This document shows positions 22,145-31,065 of a stretch of 64,000 nucleotides of DNA, one piece after another. Source of the stretch: Clostridia bacterium. GTDB lineage: Bacteria > Bacillota > Clostridia > Oscillospirales > CAG-272. The DNA lies in NCBI GenBank assembly GCA_017504405.1, contig JAFVRG010000020.1, forward strand, positions 41,881 through 105,880, given 5' to 3'. A model generated the notes under the pieces. The model ran no database searches, was not told where the DNA came from, and was given only the letters and a program-made list of their open reading frames with translations. Position numbers and translations under genes: made by a program. The first letter of the stretch is position 1, and each line of letters begins with the position of its first letter.

Positions 22145-23506
22145 ATGGATAGAAAAAAGAAATTTACACTCTCAACCACGCAGATTATATTACTTAGCTT
22201 CCTCGCAACCATTCTCGCGGGAAGCGGTCTTTTAGCATTGCCGATTAGTTCCGCAAGCGGAGAGGCCGTGCCGTATCTTGATGCACTTTTCACAGCAACC
22301 TCCGCTACCTGCGTGACGGGACTCGTTACACTCCCAACCGTATCTACTTGGAGCGTGTTCGGACAGATCGTCATTTTGCTTCTGATACAGGTCGGAGGAC
22401 TTGGTATCGTCACCATTATGTCGGGGCTGATGCTTCTTCTGAACAGAAAAATGGGCATCGGTGACCGATTGCTCATTCAGGATGCCTTCAATCTAAACAC
22501 AATGTCGGGACTTGCAAAGTTTGTAAAGAACGTACTGTTCGGCACGCTGATTATTGAAGGGATCGGTGCTATACTGTATATGTTCGTGTTCGTTCCCGAG
22601 TTTGGCGCAAAAGGCATCTGGATATCGGTATTTAATTCGGTTTCCGCCTTCTGTAATGCCGGCATCGACATTATTGCGGAAAACAGTCTTTGCAATTACG
22701 CCACAAATTCCTTAATTAACATCGTAACCTCTGCGCTCATCATTCTCGGTGGTCTCGGTTATATCGTATGGTGGGACGTGCTTCGTGTTGTTAAGAGCCG
22801 TTCGCCAAAGAACCGCAAAATATTCAGGCATTTGACATTACACTCAAAGATTGCGATTACCGTTACCGCAGGACTCATTCTTGGCGGTGCAATTCTCATA
22901 TTTATTTTTGAATATGACAACCCGTTGACTATCGGAAAGATGTCCGTGTTCGATAAAATTCAAGCATCCTTCTTCCAATCTGTCACAACGAGAACCGCAG
23001 GCTTTGCTACAGTTCCGCAAGAAAATCTGACAAATGCCTCTGCCGCCGTATCTATTATTTTGATGCTGATCGGCGGTTCTCCCGTGGGAACGGCAGGCGG
23101 TATGAAAACCGTAACTATTGCCGTTCTCATTTGTTCGGCATTAGCTACAGTCCGCAATAAAAACAGCGCAACCCTATTTGGCCGTCGTATTTCCGAGGGC
23201 TCGGTGAAAAAGGCAGTTGCTGTGGTCGTAACATTCCTAACGATCTGTGCAATATCCACCGTGCTCTTGATGGCAACAGGCAACGCATCTGCTCTTGATG
23301 CGGTCTATGAAACTGTCAGCGCAACGGCAACCGTCGGTCTTTCAAGAAATCTGACAGCAACGCTGGGCACATTTGGAAGGTTAATTATCATAGTAACGAT
23401 GTATTTCGGCAGAGTCGGTCCAATCTCACTTGCGGTGGCACTTGGCAGTAAAAACGAAAGTCAGAATGTAATTTCCGAGCCGACGGAAGATATAAGTATA
23501 GGATAA
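22145..23506 (+). CDS. ktrB: K+ uptake membrane subunit (KtrB/TrkH family)
   Basis: Polytopic protein with repeated pore-loop-like glycine motifs (TCVTGL, QVGGLG, RTAGF, GGSPVGTAGGMK, TVGLS). I moved the start to ATG 22145 (MDRKKKF), which follows GAGGA. Confidence 0.85.
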   Translation: MDRKKKFTLSTTQIILLSFLATILAGSGLLALPISSASGEAVPYLDALFTATSATCVTGLVTLPTVSTWSVFGQIVILLLIQVGGLGIVTIMSGLMLLLNRKMGIGDRLLIQDAFNLNTMSGLAKFVKNVLFGTLIIEGIGAILYMFVFVPEFGAKGIWISVFNSVSAFCNAGIDIIAENSLCNYATNSLINIVTSALIILGGLGYIVWWDVLRVVKSRSPKNRKIFRHLTLHSKIAITVTAGLILGGAILIFIFEYDNPLTIGKMSVFDKIQASFFQSVTTRTAGFATVPQENLTNASAAVSIILMLIGGSPVGTAGGMKTVTIAVLICSALATVRNKNSATLFGRRISEGSVKKAVAVVVTFLTICAISTVLLMATGNASALDAVYETVSATATVGLSRNLTATLGTFGRLIIIVTMYFGRVGPISLAVALGSKNESQNVISEPTEDISIG

Positions 23507-23516
23507 GGAGAGAACT

Positions 23517-24167
23517 ATGAAAGTAAAGAAAACTTATGCAGTTTTTGGACTTGGAAGATACGGCACAGCCGTGGCAAGAGAGCTTGTAGAGAACGGTATG
23601 GAGGTCATTGCCGTAGATACCGAAGAGCGAATTGTAAATGATGCAGCCGCATATCTGCCCGTGTGCAAGTGCGCAGACGTGACCGATGCAGAGGTTATCT
23701 CCCGTCTTGGCATCGAAAATATTGATACAGTAATTGTTTGTATGGCAAGCAATCTTGAAGCGAGTGTGATGGCGGTCACGCTTTGCAAGGAGGCGGGCGT
23801 TAATAACGTTATTGCAAAATGCGCTAATGAGATGCACCAAAAGATATTGCTTCGTGTGGGCGCAGATCAAGTGGTATTTCCCGAGAATGAGTCGGGAATT
23901 CGCCTCGCCAAGAATTTACTGAGCTCCGGCTTTATCGATATGATTTCCTTGTCGAAGGACGTATCAATGGTTGAGATTGATGTGAAGAACGACTGGATCG
24001 GTAAAAATCTAATTGAGCTTAATCTTCGTAAAAAATACGGCTTCAATATCGTTGCCATTAAGAAAGGCGAGAATGTCAACGTGAATATCAATCCCGAACA
24101 GGTGCTTGATGCGGAAACCACGCTGATTGTTATTGCAAATACGGCGAAATTGGGAAAACTGAAATAA
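23517..24167 (+). CDS. ktrA: K+ uptake peripheral RCK subunit (KtrA/TrkA family)
   Basis: 216 aa with the N-terminal Rossmann motif FGLGRYG and a C-terminal RCK_C-like domain. It is paired with ktrB. Confidence 0.85.
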   Translation: MKVKKTYAVFGLGRYGTAVARELVENGMEVIAVDTEERIVNDAAAYLPVCKCADVTDAEVISRLGIENIDTVIVCMASNLEASVMAVTLCKEAGVNNVIAKCANEMHQKILLRVGADQVVFPENESGIRLAKNLLSSGFIDMISLSKDVSMVEIDVKNDWIGKNLIELNLRKKYGFNIVAIKKGENVNVNINPEQVLDAETTLIVIANTAKLGKLK

Positions 24168-24195
24168 GCTTTCAAATTCCAATGCCGAGCTTTTG

Positions 24196-24219
24196 CGCCT
24201 ATCCTTTGAAAACGAATAA
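24196..24219 (+). repeat. direct repeat copy B (a relic of the GH13 3' end)
   Basis: cgcctatcctttgaaaacgaataa reads ...LRLSFENE* in a frame closed upstream by TGA at 24160-24162. The GH13 C-terminus is ...LRLSFENDE*. Confidence 0.75.
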
Positions 24220-24220
24220 T

Positions 24221-24247
24221 AAAAAACGGCTGTATCAGCCGTTTTTT
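24221..24247. terminator. bidirectional intrinsic terminator (ktrA / cysteine desulfurase convergent pair)
   Basis: acggctg / cagccgt stem with a tat loop, flanked by A6 on the left and T6 on the right. The stop codon of the minus-strand gene lies inside the hairpin. Confidence 0.8.
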
Positions 24248-25347
24248 ATTTCCTTTAATGCCTGCCATAGGACGTTCAGCTCTCTATGCTTGTTGAAGTA
24301 ACCGAAGCTGAGGCGGACACTGCCGGTCGGATATGTTCCGAGTGCCTTATGCGCCAGAGGCGCACAGTGGAGTCCCGCCCGACAGCAGATGCCGTTTTTC
24401 ATAAGAATCTCCGCCACCTTTGATACGGGCATTTTTTCCGAAACAAAGGACAGAGTGCCAACCCCCTCTGAAAACACTCGCACTTTGTCTATTGATTTGA
24501 GCATTTCCGCCGCCTTTTCAGTCAGTATTCTTTCCTGCCATTCTATTTCCGAAAGTCCAATGCTCTTTACAAATGAAACACCTCTGCCGAGGGCGGCAAT
24601 TGCGGGTGTAAAAAGGGTTCCCGCCTCGTATCTGTCGGGCAGAAAAACGGGCATTTTCACGCTTGATGAATTTACGCCGCTACCTCCCTGCATAAATTCG
24701 TCAAGACCGTCGGCAGAGTTAAGTATAACAAAGCCCGCCCCCTGTATACCCATAAGCCCCTTGTGAGCCGGGGCGCAGAGTGCGTTTATATTGCACCCCG
24801 TCATATCAATTTCGGTATGTCCTGCGCTCTGCGAGGCATCGACTATGAAATATATTCCTCGCTCACGGCATAGCCGTCCTATTTCCGCTATATCCTGCTT
24901 TCTTGCGCTGACGTTTGATACGTGATTGCAGATTATAATGTCCGTGTTATCTCTCAGCTTGCGCTTTATTGAGGACAGAGGTGACAAGGTGGTGAATACA
25001 CCGTATTCCGCTCCTGCGTCTTCGCAGGCGGCGCTGACGGGACGGAGAACGGAATTGTGCTCCATATCACTGATAAGGACGTGGGAGCCCTTTTTAATTT
25101 TGGTTTTTATGGCGAGGTTGAGCGCATAGGTAGCGTTTGGTGTGAATATTACGTTTTCGGGCTTATCAAAAGAAAAAAAGTCGCACAAAAGCTCTCTGCA
25201 TTCGTAAATTTTATCGGCGGCACGCATAGAAAGTATATGCGAGCCCCTGCCGGGGTTACCGCCGCATTTTTTAATTGTCCGTACAGTTTCCCTTATAACC
25301 GCCCGTGGCTTTGGGTAGCTCGTGGCGGCGTTGTCAAAATATATCAT
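24235..25347 (-). CDS. class V aminotransferase / cysteine desulfurase family protein
   Basis: 370 aa with the PLP-lysine context CAPAHKGLMG and the C-terminal active-site-like RAGLHCAP. Confidence 0.8.
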   Translation of the reverse strand: MIYFDNAATSYPKPRAVIRETVRTIKKCGGNPGRGSHILSMRAADKIYECRELLCDFFSFDKPENVIFTPNATYALNLAIKTKIKKGSHVLISDMEHNSVLRPVSAACEDAGAEYGVFTTLSPLSSIKRKLRDNTDIIICNHVSNVSARKQDIAEIGRLCRERGIYFIVDASQSAGHTEIDMTGCNINALCAPAHKGLMGIQGAGFVILNSADGLDEFMQGGSGVNSSSVKMPVFLPDRYEAGTLFTPAIAALGRGVSFVKSIGLSEIEWQERILTEKAAEMLKSIDKVRVFSEGVGTLSFVSEKMPVSKVAEILMKNGICCRAGLHCAPLAHKALGTYPTGSVRLSFGYFNKHRELNVLWQALKEIKNG

Positions 25348-25556
25348 ATGCTCTCCGTTGCTTGAAAATCTATTCCGATATTGCGGATTACTGCCGCCGC
25401 ACGCATAAATTCACGGCAGTCAAGCGATAGTGCAAAGCTGCATCCCTCTTCACTCTCAATTTTGATTATGTGTGAGGAAATTTTCGCCTTTGCGAGGGCC
25501 TTTTTTGCCTTTTGTGAATGTGTCTGCGAGCCAATTGTCATAGTACAGCTTTTCAT
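25344..25556 (-). CDS. DUF3343-like small protein (putative S/Se carrier-like partner of the desulfurase)
   Basis: 70 aa starting MKSCTMTIGSQTHSQKAKKALAKAKISS...EGCSFALSL. The start at 25556 follows AGGGGACGGA. There is an ATGA overlap with the desulfurase start. I consider the track's longer version (to 25646) over-extended. Confidence 0.5.
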   Translation of the reverse strand: MKSCTMTIGSQTHSQKAKKALAKAKISSHIIKIESEEGCSFALSLDCREFMRAAAVIRNIGIDFQATESI

Positions 25557-25738
25557 TTTTCCGTCCCCTGTTTTTAGGTTATACAATAGCATTTTATGCC
25601 AATGTGAAAGCGCTGCCACGCAGGGCGGAGTGGGAGAAACAGACAATTTTTAAAAAATAAATAAAAATGACTGAAATTTATGGACAAAGAGCAAATAATA
25701 TGTTATAATTGATAAATATTAAATAATTTTGGTGAAAT

Positions 25739-26347
25739 ATGAAAATATATTCTTTTCACAAGGGCGGATACGCATCTAACTCATACGCAGTTTGCGATGA
25801 TGATATGAAGGTGTGCTTTGCCGTTGACCCTGCGCTCACTCCTGCCGAGATGCGTGCGGCGGTGCCATCGCTTTCCGAAATCAAGGGAGTTTTGCTGACT
25901 CACGGACATTTTGACCACATATTGTCGCTCGCTTCGTACGTTTCTGAGGACATACCGGTTTATATTCACCCAAATGACATGGATATGCTGACTGACGGAT
26001 ATAAGAACGCATCGTCACTCGTTTCGATTACCCCGATAACCGCCTATGGCGCAAGCGTCAATGAGGTGCTTGACGGGCAGAAAATTGCGATAGGCGACGA
26101 GAAAATTACCGTCATGCACACCCCGGGACATACGGCAGGCTCGGTCTGTTACCTTGCCGATAGCTTTGTCATTACGGGGGATACGGTTTTCGCCTTTGGC
26201 GATAGGGGAAGAACCGATTTGTATTCGGGAAATGAGGCGGAGATTTATCGCTCTGTTGAAAGAATACTTGCTCTTGACGGAGAATTAACCGTATATTCGG
26301 GACACGGCCCGAAAACCAAAATTACGGATGAAAGAAAATATTACTGA
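25739..26347 (+). CDS. MBL-fold metallo-hydrolase (glyoxalase II-like)
   Basis: The LLTHGHFDH metal-binding motif, with HTPGHT further on. 202 aa. Confidence 0.8.
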   Translation: MKIYSFHKGGYASNSYAVCDDDMKVCFAVDPALTPAEMRAAVPSLSEIKGVLLTHGHFDHILSLASYVSEDIPVYIHPNDMDMLTDGYKNASSLVSITPITAYGASVNEVLDGQKIAIGDEKITVMHTPGHTAGSVCYLADSFVITGDTVFAFGDRGRTDLYSGNEAEIYRSVERILALDGELTVYSGHGPKTKITDERKYY

Positions 26348-26360
26348 TCGGAGAAAATTA

Positions 26361-28013
26361 ATGGAAGAAATCAGATCAAATTTTATACTTGACATAATCG
26401 ACGAGGACTTGGCGGCTAACCCCGATATGAAAATTCATACCCGTTTTCCGCCCGAGCCTAACGGATACCTGCATATAGGCAGTGCGAAGGCTATATGGAT
26501 AAACTCATCTATTGCAAAGAAATACGGCGGAAAGTTCAATCTGCGTTACGACGATACCAACCCCTCGAAGGAGGACGTTGAATACGTCAACTCGATATAC
26601 GAGGACCTTATGTGGCTGGGCGCTGAGCCTACGGGCGGTATTTTCTACGGCTCGGATTACTTTGATAAATGCTATGAATTCGCCGTGAAGCTGATAAAGG
26701 ACGGAAAGGCATACGTTTGCGACCTCACCGCCGACGAGATGCGTGAGTACAGAGGAACTCTCACCGAGGCGGGCAAGAACAGCCCCTACCGTGACAGAAG
26801 CGTTGAGGAAAACCTCGACCTTTTCGAGCGTATGAAAAACGGCGAGTTTGCTGACGGAGCGAAAACTCTGCGTGCAAAAATTGATATGGCATCGCCCAAC
26901 ATCAATATGCGTGACCCTGCTATTTACAGAATTGTTCACACCGACCATCACCGTCAGGGTGATAAGTGGTGCATATATCCCCTCTACGATTACGCTCATC
27001 CTATTCAGGATGCTCTCGAGGGAATAACTCACTCGCTTTGCTCGATTGAATTTGAAAATCACCGTCCCCTCTACAACTGGGTTGTTGAGAATATCGGTAT
27101 TGAAAACCATCCCAAGCAGAGAGAGTTTGCCCGCCTTAACGTTACGCATACCGTAATGAGCAAGAGGTATCTGAGAGAATTGGTAGAGAAGGGAATGGTT
27201 GACGGCTGGGACGACCCCCGTATGCCCACCCTTTGCGGACTTCGCCGCCGCGGATATACCCCCTCGGCAATCTTTGATTTTGTTTCCCGTGCAGGCGTGG
27301 CGAAGGCATACAGCGTTGTTGATTACGAGCTGCTCGAGCATTGCATCCGAGAGGAGCTCAATCAGTCGGCTGAACGCAGAATTGCCATTTTGAAGCCCAT
27401 AAAGGTTGTTGTAACCAACTACCCTGAGGATAAGGTTGAGTATTTTGAGGTATCAAACAATCCTCAGAACCCCGATGCAGGAACGAGAAGGGTTGCGTTT
27501 ACCCGTGAGATTTACATTGATTCTGACGATTTTGCAGAGGTACCGCCGCCCAAGTTCTTCCGTATGAAGCCCGACGGAGAGGTTCGTCTTATGGGTGCGT
27601 ATATCGTAAAATGCAACGAAATAATTAAAAATGCCGACGGTACGGTGAAGGAAATTCACTGTACGGCCGACCTCGAGGCGGCTAACGGAAATCCCCTCGA
27701 CGGACGTAAGATAAAGGGTACTATCCATTGGCTCTCGGAAAAATTTGCAGAGGATGCAACCGTTATGCTTTACGACCACCTCTTTACGCTTGAGGACGTG
27801 TCTGATATTCCCGAGGGTAAGGGCTACGGAGATTATCTCAATCTTGATTCGGTTGTCCGCCTTGACGGATGTAAGATTGAGCCCTCGCTTGCAGCTGCAA
27901 ATAAGGGCGATAAGTTCCAGTTCGTCCGTACAGGCTACTTCGTTAAGGATACAAAGCACGAAAACACCTTCAACCGCATTGTCGGTCTTAAAGACAGCTA
28001 CGTTAAAAAATAA
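26361..28013 (+). CDS. glnS: glutamine--tRNA ligase
   Basis: Class I motifs PEPNGYLHIGSAKA (HIGH) and VMSKR (KMSKS). The length and C-terminal anticodon-binding region fit GlnRS. I moved the start to ATG 26361, which follows GGAGA. Confidence 0.9.
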   Translation: MEEIRSNFILDIIDEDLAANPDMKIHTRFPPEPNGYLHIGSAKAIWINSSIAKKYGGKFNLRYDDTNPSKEDVEYVNSIYEDLMWLGAEPTGGIFYGSDYFDKCYEFAVKLIKDGKAYVCDLTADEMREYRGTLTEAGKNSPYRDRSVEENLDLFERMKNGEFADGAKTLRAKIDMASPNINMRDPAIYRIVHTDHHRQGDKWCIYPLYDYAHPIQDALEGITHSLCSIEFENHRPLYNWVVENIGIENHPKQREFARLNVTHTVMSKRYLRELVEKGMVDGWDDPRMPTLCGLRRRGYTPSAIFDFVSRAGVAKAYSVVDYELLEHCIREELNQSAERRIAILKPIKVVVTNYPEDKVEYFEVSNNPQNPDAGTRRVAFTREIYIDSDDFAEVPPPKFFRMKPDGEVRLMGAYIVKCNEIIKNADGTVKEIHCTADLEAANGNPLDGRKIKGTIHWLSEKFAEDATVMLYDHLFTLEDVSDIPEGKGYGDYLNLDSVVRLDGCKIEPSLAAANKGDKFQFVRTGYFVKDTKHENTFNRIVGLKDSYVKK

Positions 28014-28014
28014 T

Positions 28015-28046
28015 CTAAAAGGGATAGCGCACGCTATCCCTTTTTA
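28015..28046. terminator. bidirectional terminator shared by glnS and the YitT-family gene
   Basis: Perfect gggatagcg / cgctatccc inverted repeat flanked by aaaa and ttttt. The minus-strand stop codon (28034-28036) lies within the stem. Confidence 0.75.
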
Positions 28047-28951
28047 TGTGTTTTGATTGCTTTTCGGCTGAAATCGCCCACAACTATTTCGTTGACGGGT
28101 GTTGTGTATGCGAAGGTGTTTTTTTGATTTTGCAAAAGCCGTGTCATTTCTATCAGCTGGTGGCGTGATATTATACATATGAGCAGCTTTCTTTTGCCGC
28201 CCGCATACATTCCGACAGCCTCGGTTGACGTTACGCCTCGGCGAAGGTTATCCATTATTTCTCTTGCTACCGTATCGGGATTTTCGGTTATGATTTCTAC
28301 CTTTATTGCGCTTTTATAGCCGCCGAGTATCGACGAGGCGACACGTGCGGATACGAAGCTGTAAAGGATACACAGAGCAACAGGCTTGAAATTGTAAATT
28401 ATACTGCCGTCAGCACCCACCTCATAATAAACAAAATAGGAAATGATTGCAACCAGCGCATCAAGGGCGAATATTATCCAGATAAATCCGAAGTGAGGCA
28501 GCTTTTGGTCAATGAGCTTTGCGATAATATCCACCCCACCCGTAGAGCCACCTCGGCGAAACACCGTTCCGTATATAATTCCGCCGAGCACCGCCGCAAT
28601 GAGGGCGGGTAGAATTACGTCAACACCCCCTGCGTTATACGCAAATGCCGACAAATCAATTCTGCTTAAAGCAAGGTAGGAAAAACCGTCGGCAACGCAG
28701 AAAACGGATGTCTTTTTTGCAAACTCCCTGTCCGTGAAAATAAAAGCCCCTATACACAACGGCAGATTGACGAGCAACGTCATTGCACCGAGATTTACAC
28801 CGGTTTTGTACTGTATCATAGTCAAAATACCGCCGACCCCCGCAGGCGCAAAGCGGTTATTGACTATAAACAGAAGATAGGTCAAGGTAGATGCTATTGC
28901 GGCGAGCACTATGAACCCGTATTCAAGCAAGTTTTTTCTGCTGTTTGCCAT
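28034..28951 (-). CDS. YitT-family membrane protein (DUF2179 C-terminal domain)
   Basis: 305 aa with an N-terminal multi-TM region and a soluble C-terminal segment (IITENPDTVAREIMDNLRRGVTSTEAVGMYAGGKRKLLICIISRHQL) typical of the YitT family. Confidence 0.7.
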   Translation of the reverse strand: MANSRKNLLEYGFIVLAAIASTLTYLLFIVNNRFAPAGVGGILTMIQYKTGVNLGAMTLLVNLPLCIGAFIFTDREFAKKTSVFCVADGFSYLALSRIDLSAFAYNAGGVDVILPALIAAVLGGIIYGTVFRRGGSTGGVDIIAKLIDQKLPHFGFIWIIFALDALVAIISYFVYYEVGADGSIIYNFKPVALCILYSFVSARVASSILGGYKSAIKVEIITENPDTVAREIMDNLRRGVTSTEAVGMYAGGKRKLLICIISRHQLIEMTRLLQNQKNTFAYTTPVNEIVVGDFSRKAIKTHKKG

Positions 28952-28984
28952 AAGAAAATCCTACAAAATTATTTAATTTAAGTA

Positions 28985-29013
28985 TTGACAACATTTGTAA
29001 GGTTATGTATAAT
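28985..29013 (+). promoter_or_regulatory. sigma-A type promoter for the HPr-like gene
   Basis: TTGACA (28985-28990), a 17-nt spacer, then TATAAT (29008-29013). Confidence 0.6.
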
Positions 29014-29044
29014 TAATTTAGAATAAAATTTGCAAAGGAGATTT

Positions 29045-29278
29045 ATGATGAAAACGTTTTTTATAAGACTTTACACCATTCAGGACGTTCGTGATTTTGT
29101 AAATGCTGTCAGCCTTGCCAGCTGTGATATAGACCTCACGTCGGGCAGATACGTAGTAGATGCAAAATCTATAATGGGTATATTCAGCCTTGACCTTCTC
29201 AGCCCCATTCAGGTAACGATTCACGGAGAATGTGCAGGGATTGAGGATAAGCTTGAAAGGTTTATGGTTAAAGACTAA
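29045..29278 (+). CDS. HPr-like small protein lacking the His15 phosphorylation motif
   Basis: 77 aa from ATG 29045, which follows AAGGAG. The VDAKSIMGIFSL segment resembles the HPr Ser46 region. No GxHARPA motif is present. Confidence 0.55.
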   Translation: MMKTFFIRLYTIQDVRDFVNAVSLASCDIDLTSGRYVVDAKSIMGIFSLDLLSPIQVTIHGECAGIEDKLERFMVKD

Positions 29279-29407
29279 GGCTTCGCATTTTGGGTATATC
29301 GTGTCCTTTCTTCCCTCGCAGTATTCTATACAGCTTCGGGGCGCAAGAACGCAATCTACCTCAAAATCCGTGCGCCTTTGATTTGCGCTTTGAAATTATG
29401 ACTGACT

Positions 29408-29436
29408 AAAAAGGCAGGTATCAACCTGCCTTTTTT
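29408..29436. terminator. bidirectional terminator (HPr-like gene / rsmI)
   Basis: aggcaggt / acctgcct stem with an atca loop, flanked by an A-run and T6. Confidence 0.8.
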
Positions 29437-29437
29437 A

Positions 29438-30295
29438 CTAATCGTTTTTGAATAAATTGTATATTTCGTTTTTAGGTACGCCTCGGTTCTTTGCCACACG
29501 CTTTATGGCGTCCATTTTACTCATTCCTTCATTAGTGTAGAGCATAACCTCATCCTCAATGCTCATCTCGGGAGCATCGGCGGTCCTTGCTTCCCTTGCG
29601 CCGTCAACGACCAGTACAAATTCCCCTCGCACCTCTCGGCTCTCAAACTCTGAGATAGCACCGTCAACGGTTGAGCGGAATACCTCCTCGTTGATTTTCG
29701 TCAGCTCACGGCAGAGGGATATTTTTCTATCTCCGCCAAAGGCGTCTCGCATCTCCGACAGAGTTTTTGTCAGGTGATGGGGGGATTCGTAGAATATCAT
29801 CGTGCGTGTTTCGCCCCTCAAAAAATCGAGTCGCTCACGTCTGTCCTTTTTATCCTTGGAGAGAAAACCCTCAAAGCAGAAGCGACCTGTCGGCAGGGCA
29901 GAGAGAGCGAGCGCAGTAACTGCCGCACAGCATCCTGGGATACACACGGTTTTTATTCCGTTTTCTGCGCACAGGCGCACCATGTCCTCGCCCGGGTCGC
30001 TTATCGCAGGCATTCCCGCATCGGTTACCAATGCACAGCTTTCACCTGCGAGCAGTCGGGAGATAATCTGCATCCCACGCTCACGCTTGTTATGCTCGAA
30101 ATAGCTGATAAGCTCCTTTTTTATATCAAAGCAGGAGAGCAGCTTCGCCGTGTTTCTTGTGTCCTCCGCCGCAATAAAATCAACGTCGGACAAAACCTTC
30201 AGCGCACGTGCCGAAATATCTGATAAATTGCCGATAGGCGTTGCGACGAGATAGAGAACACTTGCCTCGGTTTTGTTTTTTTCGCTCATAATCAT
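29438..30295 (-). CDS. rsmI: 16S rRNA (cytidine1402-2'-O)-methyltransferase
   Basis: LYLVATPIGNLSDIS N-terminus with the tetrapyrrole-methylase fold signature. 285 aa. Synteny matches Bacillus yabC. Confidence 0.9.
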   Translation of the reverse strand: MIMSEKNKTEASVLYLVATPIGNLSDISARALKVLSDVDFIAAEDTRNTAKLLSCFDIKKELISYFEHNKRERGMQIISRLLAGESCALVTDAGMPAISDPGEDMVRLCAENGIKTVCIPGCCAAVTALALSALPTGRFCFEGFLSKDKKDRRERLDFLRGETRTMIFYESPHHLTKTLSEMRDAFGGDRKISLCRELTKINEEVFRSTVDGAISEFESREVRGEFVLVVDGAREARTADAPEMSIEDEVMLYTNEGMSKMDAIKRVAKNRGVPKNEIYNLFKND

Positions 30296-31050
30296 TCCTC
30301 ATACGAGCCGTATTCGTATATACGCTCGACCCTTTCGGTAAAATCCCGTGTTCCGTCCTTGTATAAAATCAGGGGTGCTGTAACTTTCATCGAGGGCTTA
30401 GCACCGCTTTTTGCGCAAACGAGCATCATTGAGGGCTCGGAGTCCCTTGTTGCGTGAACAAAGGTAACACGCTTCGGCTCTATCTGATTTTTCTGCATTG
30501 CGTCAAATAGCTCGCTCATTCTGTCGGGGCGGTATACGCAGTAGAAGTAACCGCCGAATTTGAGCATATCAGAGGCGCATTTTACGAAATCGTAGATAGT
30601 ACCGTACTGCTCGTGACGTGCTATATGCTTGTATTCACTCTCGTTCTTCTTGCCTGCACCGTTTTTCATATACGGGGGATTGGTGAAAACCGCATCGTAG
30701 CTATGCTTTTCCCGCATCTCTGTGAGCGCACGTACGTCGGCGTGGATTGCCGTAATTTTTTCGGACAGACCGTTGAGAGCAATATTTCTTTCGCATAAAT
30801 TGGCGAACACGTCCTGAATTTCCGCACAGTCAATATGGGCAAAGCGCCCCCGTGTAGCACACAAAAGTGATATTATTCCGCTCCCTGCGCCAAGCTCGAG
30901 AGCACGTCCGATTGGCATTTCCTTTATATATGAAGCGAGCAGGAGAGCATCGGTGCCAAATGTCAGACCGTCCGTTCTCTGAATGAGCCTTATTTTGTCA
31001 TTGACCTCGTCGAGCCGCTCGTTTTCGTAAATCAAAGCATCCTTTTGCAT
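30292..31050 (-). CDS. SAM-dependent N6-adenine methyltransferase (tRNA m6A37 TrmN6/YabB-like)
   Basis: SAM-binding LELGAGSG and catalytic NPPY (VFTNPPYM). There is a 4-nt overlap with rsmI. Confidence 0.75.
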   Translation of the reverse strand: MQKDALIYENERLDEVNDKIRLIQRTDGLTFGTDALLLASYIKEMPIGRALELGAGSGIISLLCATRGRFAHIDCAEIQDVFANLCERNIALNGLSEKITAIHADVRALTEMREKHSYDAVFTNPPYMKNGAGKKNESEYKHIARHEQYGTIYDFVKCASDMLKFGGYFYCVYRPDRMSELFDAMQKNQIEPKRVTFVHATRDSEPSMMLVCAKSGAKPSMKVTAPLILYKDGTRDFTERVERIYEYGSYEE

Positions 31051-31065
31051 ACAATTCCTTTCGGG

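Noticed and set aside
26505-27341. 278-aa minus-strand ORF inside glnS
   Set aside because: It is antisense to a gene with clear class I aaRS motifs. The composition is low-complexity and codon-shadow-like.
26361-28013. GlnRS in a Firmicute as an anomaly
   Set aside because: Many Clostridia encode a genuine GlnRS, so on its own this is not evidence of transfer or novelty.
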